Source: an uncultured Halieaceae bacterium (lineage in GTDB: Bacteria > Pseudomonadota > Gammaproteobacteria > Pseudomonadales > Halieaceae). From it: a DNA stretch of 64,000 nucleotides. Made by a program: the position numbers and the translations under genes. Of this stretch, positions 29,437 through 43,204 are shown in pieces (the first letter of the stretch is position 1; each line of letters starts with the position of its first letter). The notes beneath the pieces were generated by a model. It had not been told where the DNA came from. It saw only the letters and a list, made by a program, of their open reading frames with translations, and ran no database searches. The DNA lies in assembly GCA_963966765.1 (NCBI GenBank), contig CAXAAR010000002.1:553-64552 (forward strand), in the 5' to 3' direction.

Positions 29437-30027
29437 TCAGGGCTCAAGCGAGTCCCGCTCAATGATCTCACGCAAAAGCTCATCATCGCTTAGCGTGATT
29501 GTCTCCAGGTGCAAATACTGCCGAGAAGCCGTTCGGAACGCACTGTACCCTAAGAATATACGCGAACTCTCCTCTCGAAGTTGAGCGCCAATCCAATAGC
29601 GCTGCTCATTCTCTTGGCCGTACAATAATCGATACCCAAACACCAGATTAGCCCACTGCACCGCTCTCCCACAATCACGTCCAGTACATTGAAACAGAGT
29701 GGTCACATCAGACTGTTGCGAAGCTATCAGCACTCGATCATTCAGGATCTCACGGGCGTCGAACCCATCAATAATGGCGTAGGTCTTGCGCTCAAGCTCA
29801 CCCGAAACTCGCAGACTTTCCCTGAAGCCCCATTCCCCAAGACGTTTCTGGAGTGCCTCTAGACCCACTTCGTAATCTTGCACACTTTGGGTCGACTCCA
29901 GGGTTAGCTCTGCGTGCGGGAAGGCGCTGAGATCTGTCCAGACGGAGTCGGTAGCCTGCACACTGCGGACACTGAATACCGCACAAATCGCTATCCATAA
30001 CAATATCGATCGGTGACTCGATAGCAT
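29437..30027 (-). CDS. Hypothetical exported protein
   Basis: 196 aa with an N-terminal signal peptide (ILLWIAICAVFSVRSVQA). I am not confident of any family assignment. Confidence 0.55.
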   Translation of the reverse strand: MLSSHRSILLWIAICAVFSVRSVQATDSVWTDLSAFPHAELTLESTQSVQDYEVGLEALQKRLGEWGFRESLRVSGELERKTYAIIDGFDAREILNDRVLIASQQSDVTTLFQCTGRDCGRAVQWANLVFGYRLLYGQENEQRYWIGAQLREESSRIFLGYSAFRTASRQYLHLETITLSDDELLREIIERDSLEP

Positions 30028-30111
30028 GACAACCCCTTATACAAATGACGTCTAAGTGTAGTCGATCTGAGCACTCACGCCCATGATTACCTGAGCTAAA
30101 GCGGCGCCGCG

Positions 30112-32007
30112 TCAGGTGCTTAACTGAAGGAGCAGCGCGTTGAGCTTACGCACGTAGTTCGCAGGGTCATCGAGCTGCCCTCCCTCAGCCAGTTGGGCTT
30201 GATTGAACAAGACTTCTGCCAGATCTTTGAACTTATCCTCGTCGGCCTCTGCATCAAGCATCCGTAAGAGCGGATGCTGAGGGTTGATCTCGAGGATAGG
30301 CTTAGTAGCGGGAACGGCCTGCCCCGCCGCCTCCATGATGCGACGCATCTGTGCCCCCATATCGTAGTCGCCCACGACCAAACAAGTCGGCGATTCGATG
30401 AGTCTTACCGAGGCCCTAACCTCCGCCACATGGTCTGACAAGCAACTCTGCATTCTTTCAACTAAGCCTTGGCTCTCTTGATTCAGCGATTCCTGGGCTT
30501 TTTTCGCGTCGTCGCTGGCTTCGGTCAGATCACCTTTGGCCACATCTTGTAACTTCTTGCCATCATATTCAGCAAGCTGCATCATCGCCCAATCATCGAT
30601 TCGATCGCTTAACAGCAAGACTTCAATGCCCTCTTTCTTGAAGAATTCAAGATGCGGGGAATGGGCAGCCGTTTTGTGGTTCTCAGCGAAAATGTAGAAG
30701 ATCTTATCCTGCCCCTCTTTCATTCGACTTACGTAATCGTCGAGGGATTGATCCTGCTTCGATTCACCCGTGTGCGTGGTGCTAAACCGCAGGAGCTTAG
30801 CAATTTTCTCCTTGTTCGAGAAATCCTCTCCCAATCCCTCTTTGATCACCGCCCCAAACGTTGACCAGAAATCCGCATAGTCCTTTTTCTTTGACAGCTT
30901 TGCCAGCATATCCAGCACGCGCTTAGTCAGTGCTGTCTTCATATTTTCTACCGCACCATCTCGCTGTAAAATTTCTCGAGATACGTTTAATGGCAGGTCA
31001 TTAGAATCGACGGCACCTTTCACAAATCTGAGATACATTGGCAAAAATTGATCGGCCTCGTCCATAATGAAGGTGCGCTGAACGTAGAGCTTGAGTCCCC
31101 TGGCCATTTCCCGATTCCATAAATCGAAAGGTGCCTGCTTCGGAATATACAACAGACTGGTGTACTCGAGCTTCCCTTCTACCTTGTTGTGACTCCACGT
31201 GAGAGGGTCTTCAAAATCGTGTGAGATGTGCTTGTAAAACGCTTTATAGTCGTCGTCAGAGACCTCGGTTTTTGAACGAGTCCATAACGCTGTCGCAGAG
31301 TTCACTGCTTCCCACTCAACATCGTCACTCGCATCTTCCTCGGCCTTAGTTTTCGCCATCATGACCGGGACGGAAATGTGATCGCTATATTTCTTGACCA
31401 CGCTCCGGACGCGCCACTGATCAGCGAAGTCTGCGCAATCCTTCTTCAAGTGCAAAACAACCGAAGTCCCTTTGTGGGCTTGTGCCACGGTTTCAACAGA
31501 AAAGTCAGATTCGCCTTGTGATTCCCATAGCACGCCCTCTGAGGCCGATGAGCCCGCTCTGCGGGTAAACACCTCAACTCGGTCGGCCACAATGAAGGCG
31601 GAGTAGAATCCGACACCAAACTGTCCGATTAGCTGGGAATCTTTCTTTTGATCGCCAGTCAGGTTCTGCAAGAACTGGGCTGTACCCGATTTCGCGATGG
31701 TACCGAGGTGCGCAATTGCATCCTCTTTCGTCATACCAATCCCGTTATCTGAGATGGTGAGTGTGTTCGCGTCTTTATCGACGGAAATACGAATTTGATA
31801 GTCAGTTTCGCCTTCTAGCAAGGCTTCGTTATCGAGTGACTCAAAGCGAAGCTTATCAATGGCATCAGAGGCGTTAGAAATAAGCTCACGCAAGAAAATT
31901 TCTTTGTTGGAATATAACGAGTGAATCATCAGCTGCAAAAGCTGCTTGGCTTCTGTTTGAAAACCTAAGGTTTCCTTGGCTGTATCTTTGATCTTTTCTT
32001 TGGACAT
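30112..32007 (-). CDS. htpG: Molecular chaperone HtpG (Hsp90)
   Basis: 631 aa. [36 protein letters not shown] and [12 protein letters not shown] are Hsp90 signatures. Confidence 0.95.
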   Translation of the reverse strand: MSKEKIKDTAKETLGFQTEAKQLLQLMIHSLYSNKEIFLRELISNASDAIDKLRFESLDNEALLEGETDYQIRISVDKDANTLTISDNGIGMTKEDAIAHLGTIAKSGTAQFLQNLTGDQKKDSQLIGQFGVGFYSAFIVADRVEVFTRRAGSSASEGVLWESQGESDFSVETVAQAHKGTSVVLHLKKDCADFADQWRVRSVVKKYSDHISVPVMMAKTKAEEDASDDVEWEAVNSATALWTRSKTEVSDDDYKAFYKHISHDFEDPLTWSHNKVEGKLEYTSLLYIPKQAPFDLWNREMARGLKLYVQRTFIMDEADQFLPMYLRFVKGAVDSNDLPLNVSREILQRDGAVENMKTALTKRVLDMLAKLSKKKDYADFWSTFGAVIKEGLGEDFSNKEKIAKLLRFSTTHTGESKQDQSLDDYVSRMKEGQDKIFYIFAENHKTAAHSPHLEFFKKEGIEVLLLSDRIDDWAMMQLAEYDGKKLQDVAKGDLTEASDDAKKAQESLNQESQGLVERMQSCLSDHVAEVRASVRLIESPTCLVVGDYDMGAQMRRIMEAAGQAVPATKPILEINPQHPLLRMLDAEADEDKFKDLAEVLFNQAQLAEGGQLDDPANYVRKLNALLLQLST

Positions 32008-32065
32008 AACGCTTCCCTAAAAATAACACTTCGATGGTTATTCAATGGGGACGATCGAGAGGTTT

Positions 32066-32106
32066 TCAAGAGGAAGCCTCATCAAAGCGGGTGCCTTGAT
32101 GAGGCT
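32066..32106 (-). terminator. Hairpin terminator candidate downstream of sucD
   Basis: An 11-bp perfect stem AGCCTCATCAA / TTGATGAGGCT (32075-32085 and 32096-32106) with a 10-nt loop begins 10 nt after the sucD stop. On the minus strand it is followed by UUCCUCUUG, a weak U-tract. Confidence 0.5.
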
Positions 32107-32115
32107 GTTGGGCGT

Positions 32116-32988
32116 TTACCACCCGGTCTTTTGCTTCAATGCCTTGCCGATATCTGCTAGTGAGCGCACAGTAGTCACACCAGCGTCTTCTAAGGCAGCG
32201 AACTTTTCATCTGCTGTGCCTTTGCCGCCACTAATAATAGCGCCAGCATGACCCATACGCTTACCCTTGGGCGCAGTAACACCTGCGATGTAAGACACCA
32301 CCGGCTTGCTCACATTGGCTTTAATGAAGGCCGCGGCCTCTTCTTCGGCCGTGCCACCAATCTCGCCGATCATAACAATCGCCTCTGTTTTTGGGTCTTG
32401 CTCAAACAGAGTAAGGATATCGATGAAGTTCGAGCCTGGAATAGGATCGCCGCCAATACCGACACAAGTCGACTGACCAAAGCCCGCGTCTGTGGTTTGC
32501 TTTACCGCCTCGTAGGTGAGCGTCCCTGAGCGCGATACGATACCCACTCTGCCCGGCAAATGAATATGACCTGGCATAATCCCAATTTTGCACTCGCCAG
32601 GCGTTATCACGCCAGGACAGTTAGGGCCGATAAGACGGACTCCCAGTTCATCGCATTTCACTTTGGCCTCAAGCATATCAAGCGTAGGAATGCCTTCAGT
32701 GATGCACACGATTAACTGAATGCCACCAAACGCAGCCTCTAAAATAGAGTCTTTGCAGAATGGCGCGGGGACGTAGATAACCGACGCTTCCGCACCTGTT
32801 GCCGCGACCGCTTCGCTCACCGTGTTGAATACCGGCAATCCAAGATGTTGTTGACCACCCTTACCAGGCGTCACGCCACCCACCATCTTAGTACCATAAG
32901 CAATGGCTTGCTCTGAATGAAAAGTACCCTGTGAGCCAGTGAATCCCTGGCAAATCACTTTGGTCTCACGGTTGATCAGTATGCTCAT
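32116..32988 (-). CDS. sucD: Succinate--CoA ligase subunit alpha
   Basis: 290 aa. [33 protein letters not shown] and ...RMGHAGAII (catalytic His) are canonical. Confidence 0.95.
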   Translation of the reverse strand: MSILINRETKVICQGFTGSQGTFHSEQAIAYGTKMVGGVTPGKGGQQHLGLPVFNTVSEAVAATGAEASVIYVPAPFCKDSILEAAFGGIQLIVCITEGIPTLDMLEAKVKCDELGVRLIGPNCPGVITPGECKIGIMPGHIHLPGRVGIVSRSGTLTYEAVKQTTDAGFGQSTCVGIGGDPIPGSNFIDILTLFEQDPKTEAIVMIGEIGGTAEEEAAAFIKANVSKPVVSYIAGVTAPKGKRMGHAGAIISGGKGTADEKFAALEDAGVTTVRSLADIGKALKQKTGW

Positions 32989-34157
32989 TATGCAGCCCCT
33001 TTTGCAGCAGCAACCACTTGCTCGGCTGCATCGGTCAAGCTAGTGGCTGCTATAATATTGAGTCCTGAGTCGGCCAGCACTTGCTGCCCAAGCTCGGCGT
33101 TATTGCCCTCGAGTCTCACCACTACGGGCACTTTGACTCCAATTTCCTCTACTGCGCCAATCACGCCCTCTGCGATCAGATCGCAGCGCACAATGCCACC
33201 AAAAATGTTGATAAGTACGGCTTTTACATTGTCATCTGAAAGAATAATCTTGAACGCTTCGGACACGCGCTCCTTGGTCGCGCCACCACCTACATCTAAG
33301 AAGTTGGCAGGGGCACCGCCGTGCAACTTGACAATATCCATGGTGCCCATCGCAAGACCGGCGCCGTTAACCATACAACCGATATCGCCATCGAGCGCAA
33401 CATAATTGAGTTCCCAGCGCGCCGCGTGTGCCTCTCGTTCATCCTCTTGACTCGGGTCATGCATTAAGGACAACGCCTTCTGACGGTACATTGCATTGCC
33501 ATCAACCCCTAACTTCGCATCTAAGCAATGAAGATTACCCTCTTCAGTAATCACCAAGGGGTTGATCTCAATGAGGGCCAAATCCTTGTCCACAAATAAC
33601 TTGGCGAGCCCCATGAAAATCTTAACGAACTGCTTCACTTGATCGCCTTCTAACCCCAGCTTGAACGCAAGATCTCGACCTTGGAAAGGCTGTGGTCCGA
33701 CCAGCGGATCAATGATTGCGCGCAGAATTTTCTCGGGTGTTTCCTCGGCAACTTTCTCGATCTCAACACCACCCTCGGTTGAGGCCATGAATACGATACG
33801 CCGTGAGCTACGATCGACGACAGCACCCAAATAGAGCTCCTCGGCGATATCGGTGCAAGACTCCACCAAAATCTTCGAAACAGGTTGTCCGAGCTCGTCC
33901 GTTTGGTAAGTCACCAAACGTTGTCCAAGCCACTTTTTGGCGAATTCAGAGACTTCCTCAGTGGTTTTCACCAGCTTTACGCCACCGGCCTTACCACGAC
34001 CGCCCGCATGGACCTGCGCTTTCACGACCCACATGTCGCCACCGATTTTTTCAGCAGCCGCAACTGCATCCTCTGGAGTATCAACGGCGTAACCGACCGA
34101 GACCGGCAAACCATATTCAGCAAACAGCTGCTTACCTTGGTATTCGTGAAGATTCAT
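32988..34157 (-). CDS. sucC: Succinate--CoA ligase subunit beta
   Basis: 389 aa. [19 protein letters not shown]...[18 protein letters not shown] is canonical. Confidence 0.95.
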   Translation of the reverse strand: MNLHEYQGKQLFAEYGLPVSVGYAVDTPEDAVAAAEKIGGDMWVVKAQVHAGGRGKAGGVKLVKTTEEVSEFAKKWLGQRLVTYQTDELGQPVSKILVESCTDIAEELYLGAVVDRSSRRIVFMASTEGGVEIEKVAEETPEKILRAIIDPLVGPQPFQGRDLAFKLGLEGDQVKQFVKIFMGLAKLFVDKDLALIEINPLVITEEGNLHCLDAKLGVDGNAMYRQKALSLMHDPSQEDEREAHAARWELNYVALDGDIGCMVNGAGLAMGTMDIVKLHGGAPANFLDVGGGATKERVSEAFKIILSDDNVKAVLINIFGGIVRCDLIAEGVIGAVEEIGVKVPVVVRLEGNNAELGQQVLADSGLNIIAATSLTDAAEQVVAAAKGAA

Positions 34158-34183
34158 AATTCCTGAGTTCCTTAGGTTCTCTT

Positions 34184-34204
34184 AAAAAGCGGTGACAACA
34201 CCGC
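34184..34204 (-). terminator. Rho-independent terminator candidate downstream of lpdA
   Basis: The minus strand reads GCGGTG-TTGT-CACCGC followed directly by TTTTTAAG. It lies 55 nt after the lpdA stop and upstream of sucC. Confidence 0.6.
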
Positions 34205-34259
34205 CTGCGATTTGATTAGCGTCCGCATTATCGTACATAGCGCTGGCGATGTGTTGATG

Positions 34260-35711
<1,452 letters not shown>

Positions 35712-35737
35712 TCAGTTTGTTAATGGCTTAACTTAAC

Positions 35738-36970
35738 CTATAACTGGAGAAGTATCCGCGCCGGATCCTCGATTAAATCTTTCACTGCAACCAAAAACTG
35801 TACCGCGGTTTTGCCGTCGATCAATCTATGATCATAAGACAGAGCAAGATACATCATGGGCAATATCACCACTTGACCATCGACCGCCATCGGTCGATCT
35901 TGGATTTTATGCATACCTAAAATCCCAGTTTGTGGCGGATTAAGGATTGGCGTCGACATCAATGATCCGAACACACCACCGTTCGTGACGGTAAAAGTGC
36001 CTCCCGTCATGTCATCAATGGTCAATTTATTATCGCGAGCACGGATACCAAGCTCTTTAATCTTTGCTTCGACGTCCGCAATGCTCATGAAATCTGCATC
36101 ACGCAGCACAGGAACAACGAGACCATTCGAGGTCGAGACCGCTACTCCGATATCTTGGTATCCGTGATAAACAACGTCACTGCCGTCAATGGAGGCATTG
36201 ACTTCTGGGAAACGTTTTAGTGCCTCGCAAGCTGCCTTGACAAAGAACCCCATAAAACCTAAGCGGGTACCGTTATGCGTCTTCTCAAACTGATCCTTAT
36301 ACTTGCGACGAAGCTCCATTAAGGGAGCCATATTGACCTCGTTAAACGTGGTCAGCATGGCGGTTTGTTGAGTTGCTTCTAGCAGACGCTCAGCGATCTT
36401 AGTTCGCATTCTCGTCATCGGGACCCGCTTCTCGACTCGCTCACCACTCGGCCCCGCCCCGCCACTATTGCTTGGCGTGCTCGGCGCGCTTGCAGCTGTC
36501 GACTGCGTCGCCACGGTTGCAGTCGCTAGGTGAGCGACTACGTCTTCTTTAGTGATTCGACCGCCCTTGCCCGTCCCTTTAACGGCTGTCGCATCTAACT
36601 TGTGCTCTTCGAGCAAGGTGCGAGCTGCAGGGCCAATACCTTGGCCGGACGCGGCAGGAGCTGCGCCCTTCGTCGCCTGACTCGTATCTGCACTCTCGAC
36701 TTTACGCGACGTTCCACTGGCTTGAGTAATATCACCGGGCTCAATCAATGCAAGTAACTGCTCACTGTTAACAACAGTTCCAGCCGCTGCTTTGATACTG
36801 GTCAAAACGCCATCGACCGGCGCTACAACTTCCATAACGACTTTATCGGTCTCAATTTCTACGATGAGCTCGTCGCGCGCCACAGTGTCACCCTCAGCTT
36901 TATGCCAAGTCGCCACCTCACCATCCGCCACCGACTCGGGAAACGCGGGTGCTTTTAGTTCTATCGTCAT
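35738..36970 (-). CDS. sucB: Dihydrolipoyllysine-residue succinyltransferase (E2 of 2-oxoglutarate dehydrogenase)
   Basis: 410 aa with a lipoyl domain ([10 protein letters not shown]), an Ala/Pro-rich linker and the catalytic SYDHRLIDG. Confidence 0.95.
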   Translation of the reverse strand: MTIELKAPAFPESVADGEVATWHKAEGDTVARDELIVEIETDKVVMEVVAPVDGVLTSIKAAAGTVVNSEQLLALIEPGDITQASGTSRKVESADTSQATKGAAPAASGQGIGPAARTLLEEHKLDATAVKGTGKGGRITKEDVVAHLATATVATQSTAASAPSTPSNSGGAGPSGERVEKRVPMTRMRTKIAERLLEATQQTAMLTTFNEVNMAPLMELRRKYKDQFEKTHNGTRLGFMGFFVKAACEALKRFPEVNASIDGSDVVYHGYQDIGVAVSTSNGLVVPVLRDADFMSIADVEAKIKELGIRARDNKLTIDDMTGGTFTVTNGGVFGSLMSTPILNPPQTGILGMHKIQDRPMAVDGQVVILPMMYLALSYDHRLIDGKTAVQFLVAVKDLIEDPARILLQL

Positions 36971-37004
36971 TCAAATATCCTTACATACACTATTAAGTGA
37001 TCGA

Positions 37005-39851
37005 CTAAATAAATTCAGCAAGTGCTTCGTTGATTAAGGCTTCCTGCTGTCGCGTGTGCAATGCCATGTATCCTGCGGCGGGTGCCGCTGAGGGCTCGCG
37101 TCCCACGTAACGCACGTTCAGTCCATTACCCAACACATCGAGACTGCGTCGCATGTGGTGCTGAGAGGCATACCAGCAGCCTTGGTTCATAGGCTCTTCT
37201 TGACACCAAACTACGTCGTCCAGGTTCGGGTATTCCCGCAGGATCTCGACCAGTTTAGATTCAGGGAACGGATACATTTGCTCAATCCGAACGATCGCAA
37301 TGTTATCGATACCGCGACTTCTGCGCTCCGCCAACAATTCGTAATACACTTTGCCAGCACACAGAATCACACGCTTCACCTCGGTTGTCGCAAGCGTATC
37401 GATTTCAGGAATCACCAGTTGAAACTCGCCAGAGGCGAGATCTTCAAGCGTTGATACCGCCTCTTTGTGGCGCAACAGACTTTTGGGCGACATCACCACG
37501 AGAGGCTTCCGCAATGGCCTAACCGCCTGACGCCGGATCAAATGATAAATTTGTGCAGGCGTGCTCGGGATACAGACCTGTATGTTTTTTTCAGCACACA
37601 GTTGCATGAACCTCTCGAGTCGCGCAGAGCTGTGCTCGGGTCCTTGACCCTCGTAACCGTGCGGTAACAACATGGTCAAGCCGCACAGGCGCGCCCACTT
37701 GTGTTCGCCACTGGTAATGAACTGATCGATAACCACTTGAGCGCCGTTGGCAAAATCACCAAACTGGGCCTCCCAAATCACTAACCCAGTCGGCGCCGTA
37801 GTGGCGTAGCCGTATTCGAAGGCGAGCACAGCTTCTTCTGACAGCAGGGAATCGTGGATGGTAAAGTCAGCCTGTTCGTCGCTAACATGCTGTAATGGCA
37901 CATATCTTTCGCCGTCTTTCTGGCTATGCAACACGGCATGTCGATGCGAGAAAGTACCTCTACCGACATCCTGACCTGTGAGTCTCACGGGATATCCCGC
38001 GTCTAATAGCGTTGCGTAAGCCAGTATTTCTGCCGCGCCCCAATTAATAGGTAAAGCGCCAGCAGCCATCTTACGTCGATCTTCTAGTATTTTTCCCACC
38101 TGCCTTTGGACTGAAAACCCGTCTGGGGCTTCATTGATTCTCGTACCGAGCGCTTGCAAGTAACTCAACTCGAGCGAAGTGTCACTGGCTAAATCCCACG
38201 GATGGTTCAAATACGGCGACCAATTTACAAACAACGAGGTATTGGGTTCGGTCACCAGAGCGGAAACTAATGGCTCGCCCCGTTCGAGGGAATCTCGGTA
38301 GGCAGCCACAAGCTCATCGTCTTGCTCTTTGGTGATGATGCCCTCTGCGATCAGCTGCTCCGCGTACAAATCCCGGGTGGTTCTTTGATTCTTAATTTTG
38401 GCGTACATCACCGGCTGAGTGACAGAGGGTTCATCTGCTTCGTTGTGACCTCGACGACGGTAGCAGACCAGATCGATCACAACGTCTTTGCCAAACTGAT
38501 GACGGTAGTCTACCGCCATCTGCGTAACAAACAGCACCGCTTCAGGGTCATCGCCATTCACGTGGAAAATCGGGGCCTGCACCATTTTGGCGACATCAGT
38601 ACAGTACTCGGTGGATCGGGCATCTTCACGAGCACTGGTGGTAAACCCGACTTGATTATTGATGACTAAATGGATGGTGCCGCCAGTTGAATAAGCGCGG
38701 GTCTGAGACATTTGGAACGTCTCCATCACCACACCTTGCCCAGCAAATGAGGCATCACCATGGATGACGATCGGAACGACCAATTCACCACTTGAATCTG
38801 ACCAACGATCCTGCCGGGCTCGAACCGAGCCCTCTACCACCGGTGATACGATCTCTAAGTGGGAGGGATTAAATGCGAGCGCCAGATGTAACTCACCCCC
38901 TGGGGTCATGATGTTAGACGAAAACCCCTGGTGGTATTTCACGTCACCCGAGGTCGAATAGGCAATTCTGCCCTCGAACTCTGCAAACAATTCTGAAGGC
39001 TTTTTGCCGAGAATGTTAATTAATACATTCAAACGGCCGCGGTGCGCCATGCCAATAACGATCTCTTTGGCTCGATAGGCACCGAAGCGCTGTATCATCT
39101 CGGTCAGTGCGGGAATGAGTGACTCCCCGCCTTCTAAACCAAAGCGCTTGGTACCGGGATACTTGGATCCGAGCGACTTTTCGAGTCCTTCAGCCTTGGT
39201 CAACTCTCCGAGTAGCTGGCGACGGACAGCCGCACTGTAATCTGGCTTTGCGCGGACAGACTCCATTCGCTGCATGACCCAATGTCGCTCGTCGGTATCG
39301 ACGATATGCATAAACTCGGCGCCAATCGTGCCGCAGTAGGTCGACTCAAGACAATCTACTATTTCTTCGAGAGTCGCACTGTCTCTGCTGATGTGCAGGC
39401 TACCTGTTTGGAAAGCGGTCACAAGATCGCCGGTCGACAATTGGTGAAACTGCAGAGCAAGATCTGGTACTTGATCACGTTGAACGAGATTCAGCGGATC
39501 CAGTCGAGCACGCTGATGTCCACGTTGCCGATAGGCTGAGATAAGCTGCAATACGCGCACCTGCTTGCGCTCGAACTCGGTCGCTTGAGCATCACCTGCA
39601 ACAGTAGCTTCGGTACGGACTCGCATTTTAGAGATGCGAGCAAATTGATCGCGAATTGCAGAATGGGGTGTATCTAAGATTTCGACCTGTTCATTACCAC
39701 TCTGTGCAAGCTGCTGAAAGTACTCTTGCCATTGTTTTGGAACCGCGTCAGGGTCGATAAGAAAGGCCTCATAGAGGTCTTCGACATAGGCGGCATTACC
39801 GCCCGCTATGTGGGAGCTGCGCCTAAAGTGCTCCATCGAGTGATCGTGCAT
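37005..39851 (-). CDS. sucA: 2-oxoglutarate dehydrogenase E1 component
   Basis: About 948 aa. The N-terminus ...SSHIAGGNAAYVEDLYEAFL is SucA-like. I trimmed the track ORF (to 39968) to the ATG at 39851. Confidence 0.93.
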   Translation of the reverse strand: MHDHSMEHFRRSSHIAGGNAAYVEDLYEAFLIDPDAVPKQWQEYFQQLAQSGNEQVEILDTPHSAIRDQFARISKMRVRTEATVAGDAQATEFERKQVRVLQLISAYRQRGHQRARLDPLNLVQRDQVPDLALQFHQLSTGDLVTAFQTGSLHISRDSATLEEIVDCLESTYCGTIGAEFMHIVDTDERHWVMQRMESVRAKPDYSAAVRRQLLGELTKAEGLEKSLGSKYPGTKRFGLEGGESLIPALTEMIQRFGAYRAKEIVIGMAHRGRLNVLINILGKKPSELFAEFEGRIAYSTSGDVKYHQGFSSNIMTPGGELHLALAFNPSHLEIVSPVVEGSVRARQDRWSDSSGELVVPIVIHGDASFAGQGVVMETFQMSQTRAYSTGGTIHLVINNQVGFTTSAREDARSTEYCTDVAKMVQAPIFHVNGDDPEAVLFVTQMAVDYRHQFGKDVVIDLVCYRRRGHNEADEPSVTQPVMYAKIKNQRTTRDLYAEQLIAEGIITKEQDDELVAAYRDSLERGEPLVSALVTEPNTSLFVNWSPYLNHPWDLASDTSLELSYLQALGTRINEAPDGFSVQRQVGKILEDRRKMAAGALPINWGAAEILAYATLLDAGYPVRLTGQDVGRGTFSHRHAVLHSQKDGERYVPLQHVSDEQADFTIHDSLLSEEAVLAFEYGYATTAPTGLVIWEAQFGDFANGAQVVIDQFITSGEHKWARLCGLTMLLPHGYEGQGPEHSSARLERFMQLCAEKNIQVCIPSTPAQIYHLIRRQAVRPLRKPLVVMSPKSLLRHKEAVSTLEDLASGEFQLVIPEIDTLATTEVKRVILCAGKVYYELLAERRSRGIDNIAIVRIEQMYPFPESKLVEILREYPNLDDVVWCQEEPMNQGCWYASQHHMRRSLDVLGNGLNVRYVGREPSAAPAAGYMALHTRQQEALINEALAEFI

Positions 39852-39940
39852 GTTGCCCGCCCGGGGAATCAAAAGTTTAAAACCAAAAAACGTGGCGAGA
39901 GTATAACAGCAAAGGTGCTTCGAGGGGAGATGGAAACTGG

Positions 39941-39974
39941 GAAAATATGCGGGGGCGCAGACGTTCACGCCCCC
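39941..39974 (-). terminator. Terminator/attenuator hairpin between sdhB and sucA
   Basis: A stem GGGGGCG / CGCCCCC (39951-39957 and 39968-39974) with a 10-nt loop begins 10 nt after the sdhB stop. On the minus strand it is followed by GCAUAUUUUCC. Confidence 0.55.
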
Positions 39975-39983
39975 TGAAAGGAC

Positions 39984-40691
39984 TTACACCTCTCTGGACA
40001 GTAGCATATTTTTAATGTGGCCAATCGCCTTGGTAGGATTGAGACCTTTAGGGCAGACATTGACGCAGTTCTGGATACCGTGACAGCGGAACACGCTGAA
40101 CGGGTCATCCAAGTTAGCGAGCCGCTCTTCCGTGGCCGTGTCTCTGCTGTCCGCCAAAAAGCGGTAAGACTGAAGCAGCCCCGCTGGACCGATAAACTTA
40201 TCTGGGTTCCACCAAAACGAGGGGCAGCTGGTCGAGCAACAGGCGCACAAAATGCACTCGTACAAGCCATCTAACTTGGCTCGATCTTCAGGCGACTGGA
40301 GACGCTCAATTCCAGGCGCTGGCGTATCGTTTAATAGATAGGGCTGAACTTTCTCGTACTGCGCGTAAAACATGCTCATATCGATGATAAGATCTCGAAT
40401 AACTGGCAACCCAGGCAATGGTCGCACGATCAACTTGCCTTTTTTGGCCACCTCGGACACTGGCGTAATGCACGCAAGTCCATTTTTACCGTTGATATTG
40501 ACGCCATCTGAACCGCAAACACCCTCACGACAGGAGCGTCGATACGTCACAGAAGTATCGTACTGAGCCTTAACAAGCTCTAATACGTCAAGCACCATCA
40601 GGTCTTTACCACCGGTGTCTACCTGAAAGTCTTGCATGAACGGCGCACTGTCTGTCTCTGGGTTATATCGATAGATACTGACTTCTAACAT
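39984..40691 (-). CDS. sdhB: Succinate dehydrogenase iron-sulfur subunit
   Basis: 235 aa with three Cys clusters: CREGVCGSDG, CILCACCSTSCP and CHGIQNCVNVCP. Confidence 0.95.
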   Translation of the reverse strand: MLEVSIYRYNPETDSAPFMQDFQVDTGGKDLMVLDVLELVKAQYDTSVTYRRSCREGVCGSDGVNINGKNGLACITPVSEVAKKGKLIVRPLPGLPVIRDLIIDMSMFYAQYEKVQPYLLNDTPAPGIERLQSPEDRAKLDGLYECILCACCSTSCPSFWWNPDKFIGPAGLLQSYRFLADSRDTATEERLANLDDPFSVFRCHGIQNCVNVCPKGLNPTKAIGHIKNMLLSREV

Positions 40692-40703
40692 CCCTACAGC
40701 CCT

Positions 40704-42473
40704 CTAATAAGTACGAATTTTAGGTTCAAATGTTGGCACGGTGCGCGGCTTAAAGTTAACGCCCCGCTTGCCCACCGACTTGGTATCTGCGTAGTACATC
40801 GAATGGCACAGCCAGTTCTCATCGTCTCGCTCTTGATAATCTTCCCGAGCATGCGCACCGCGACTTTCGGTTCTGACTTCGGCAGAAATGGCCGTCGCCT
40901 CTGCAACTTCGAACAGATTCTGAAGCTCGAGCGCTTCTATTCTCGCAGTGTTGAAGGCATTCGATTTATCTTCCAATGCCACTGCTTCAATGCGAGGGCG
41001 AAGTGCTTGCAGCATCTCAACGCCTTTCTGCATGTAATCACCACGACGGAATACACCGAAATAGTTTTGCATAATAGACTGCATCTCTTTTCTGAGATCT
41101 GCTGTTCGCTCGCCGCCTTTCGACGCGTTCAGACGGTTGAGACGCACCATCGCGCGCTCAATATCGGAATCAGATGCATCCTGCATCTCAATACCGTCTC
41201 GCAGAGCCGATTCAATAAATAAGCCTGAGGCTCGCCCAAACACAACCAAATCGAGCAGTGAATTGCCGCCCAAACGATTCGCGCCGTGAACCGAGACGCA
41301 GGCAACCTCACCACACGCATACAAACCGGGGATAATTTGATCGTTGCCCTGCGCGTCCTGAGTGATAGCTTGACCGTGAACGTTGGTGGGTATGCCGCCC
41401 ATCATGTAGTGACACGTGGGGACCACAGGGATTGGCTCTTTCACTGGATCGACATGAGCAAAAGTTCGCGACAATTCGCAAATGCCAGGCAAACGACTTT
41501 CGAGCACGTCTTCACCTAAATGATCCAGCTTGAGGAAAACGTGATCGCCCTCAGGGCCACACCCTCTTCCCTCGAGCAATTCAAGGACCATCGATCGAGC
41601 GACCACGTCGCGCCCAGCAAGGTCTTTGGCGTTGGGCGCATAACGCTCCATGAAGCGCTCACCATCTTTATTGATTAAGTAGCCGCCTTCTCCGCGACAA
41701 CCTTCGGTAACGAGGGTTCCAGCACCGTATATACCCGTGGGATGGAACTGCCACATTTCCATATCTTGAACCGGCACATCTGCTCTTAAAGCCATACCAA
41801 TCCCGTCACCCGTATTGATATGTGCATTCGTAGTTGACGCGTAGATTCGGCCAGCCCCGCCAGTCGCAAAGACTGTCGCTTTTGATTTAACGAATACTGT
41901 CTCTCCGGTCTCCATGCAAATGGCAATGACCCCAACCACAGCACCCGCTGCATTTTTAACCAGGTCGACCGCAAACCATTCATTGAAAAACACGGTCTTA
42001 TTCTTCACATTGTTCTGGTACAGCGTATGAAGCAAGGCGTGTCCCGTACGATCTGCTGCTGCGCAGGTACGAGCGGCCTGCCCGCCCTCGCCATAATTCT
42101 TTGACTGCCCACCGAAAGGTCGCTGATAAATGCGTCCCTCTTCAGTTCGTGAGAACGGCAAACCCATGTGCTCCAGTTCAAAAATGGCTTCCGGACCGAC
42201 ACTGCACATGTATTCAATCGCTTCTTGATCGCCAATGTAATCGGAACCTTTGACCGTGTCATACATGTGCCAGCGCCAGTCATCGTTGGGATCGTCACTC
42301 GCGATGGCACAAGTAATGCCACCTTGAGCTGAAACCGTGTGCGACCGAGTTGGAAAAACTTTTGAGATCACCGCTGTTTTATAGCCCGACTGCGCCAGCT
42401 GGAGTGCTGCCCGCATGCCTGCACCGCCGCCGCCGACAATCACGCCATCGAATGAAATAGTTCTCATCGCCAT
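40704..42473 (-). CDS. sdhA: Succinate dehydrogenase flavoprotein subunit
   Basis: 589 aa. [26 protein letters not shown] (the FAD-linked His) and HGANRLG are present. Confidence 0.95.
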   Translation of the reverse strand: MAMRTISFDGVIVGGGGAGMRAALQLAQSGYKTAVISKVFPTRSHTVSAQGGITCAIASDDPNDDWRWHMYDTVKGSDYIGDQEAIEYMCSVGPEAIFELEHMGLPFSRTEEGRIYQRPFGGQSKNYGEGGQAARTCAAADRTGHALLHTLYQNNVKNKTVFFNEWFAVDLVKNAAGAVVGVIAICMETGETVFVKSKATVFATGGAGRIYASTTNAHINTGDGIGMALRADVPVQDMEMWQFHPTGIYGAGTLVTEGCRGEGGYLINKDGERFMERYAPNAKDLAGRDVVARSMVLELLEGRGCGPEGDHVFLKLDHLGEDVLESRLPGICELSRTFAHVDPVKEPIPVVPTCHYMMGGIPTNVHGQAITQDAQGNDQIIPGLYACGEVACVSVHGANRLGGNSLLDLVVFGRASGLFIESALRDGIEMQDASDSDIERAMVRLNRLNASKGGERTADLRKEMQSIMQNYFGVFRRGDYMQKGVEMLQALRPRIEAVALEDKSNAFNTARIEALELQNLFEVAEATAISAEVRTESRGAHAREDYQERDDENWLCHSMYYADTKSVGKRGVNFKPRTVPTFEPKIRTY

Positions 42474-42476
42474 GTT

Positions 42477-42836
42477 TTAACCCCAAATAATCTGGATGCC
42501 CCAGATCAAGTAAATGAAGAGAAGTGCGCCAATCAGCAACTGTAGTAGAAATCGCAACACATTGCCTTTCGGACCCATCAAGCGCTCGGTCACATAGTCA
42601 GAGAGCACGCCCCACATGCCAATCCAAGCGTGGAATACGACCGACAGGAGTGCTGCCAGACTGAAGATTCGCATCCAAGTTTGCGCGAACAAGGCGGTCC
42701 ACGCCTCGAAAGTGGTGCCTTGCAGTAAAATAACAGCCACCGCCGCAAAGTAAGCTAAGAGAATCACGGAGCTGATGCGTTGCATCAAATAATCTGACAG
42801 GCCATTTCGACCCATATTGGTTACTGACCTCACCAT
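42477..42836 (-). CDS. sdhD: Succinate dehydrogenase hydrophobic membrane anchor subunit
   Basis: 119 aa with three TM. Its position between sdhC and sdhA supports the call. Confidence 0.85.
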   Translation of the reverse strand: MVRSVTNMGRNGLSDYLMQRISSVILLAYFAAVAVILLQGTTFEAWTALFAQTWMRIFSLAALLSVVFHAWIGMWGVLSDYVTERLMGPKGNVLRFLLQLLIGALLFIYLIWGIQIIWG

Positions 42837-43204
42837 AACTTAAACCCCATCGCCGCGATTAGAAGAAAGGAAACCGCGAAGGTAATTTTTGAGCCGAGCA
42901 CTCCGCCCTCCCAGGTCTCACCATATCCCAGATCCATGATCAGGTGCTTAATACCAGCGACCGAGTGATAAATGAGCCCCGATGCGACAACCCAAGCGAC
43001 AAATTTCACCATGGAATTCTGAAGCACTGCTGCGACTGCGGCGAAACCATCGGCACTATCTAGGCTCAAGTCGAGAGCATAGATCATGAGGCCCACGGCG
43101 CCGACTAAGAACACGCCAGATATCCGATGCAGGATCGAAGTGTAGGCTGTAATTGGAAGCTTGATGGTACTGATATCTAGATTAACCGGACGGGTGTCTT
43201 TCAC
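42830..43204 (-). CDS. sdhC: Succinate dehydrogenase cytochrome b556 subunit
   Basis: 124 aa. RPVNLDISTIKLPITAYTSILHRISGV is the SdhC signature. Confidence 0.9.
   Translation of the reverse strand: MKDTRPVNLDISTIKLPITAYTSILHRISGVFLVGAVGLMIYALDLSLDSADGFAAVAAVLQNSMVKFVAWVVASGLIYHSVAGIKHLIMDLGYGETWEGGVLGSKITFAVSFLLIAAMGFKLW

Noticed and set aside
39852-39968. N-terminal extensions in the ORF track, for example on sucA, and likewise on aroC, gltA, queF, zipA, epmC, pdxB, ccmH, gcvR, the SDR and the methyltransferase
   Set aside because: The extensions are non-conserved-looking sequence upstream of internal Met/Val codons. Those internal starts reproduce the canonical N-termini and remove large overlaps with neighbouring genes, so I treated the extensions as ORF-calling artefacts.
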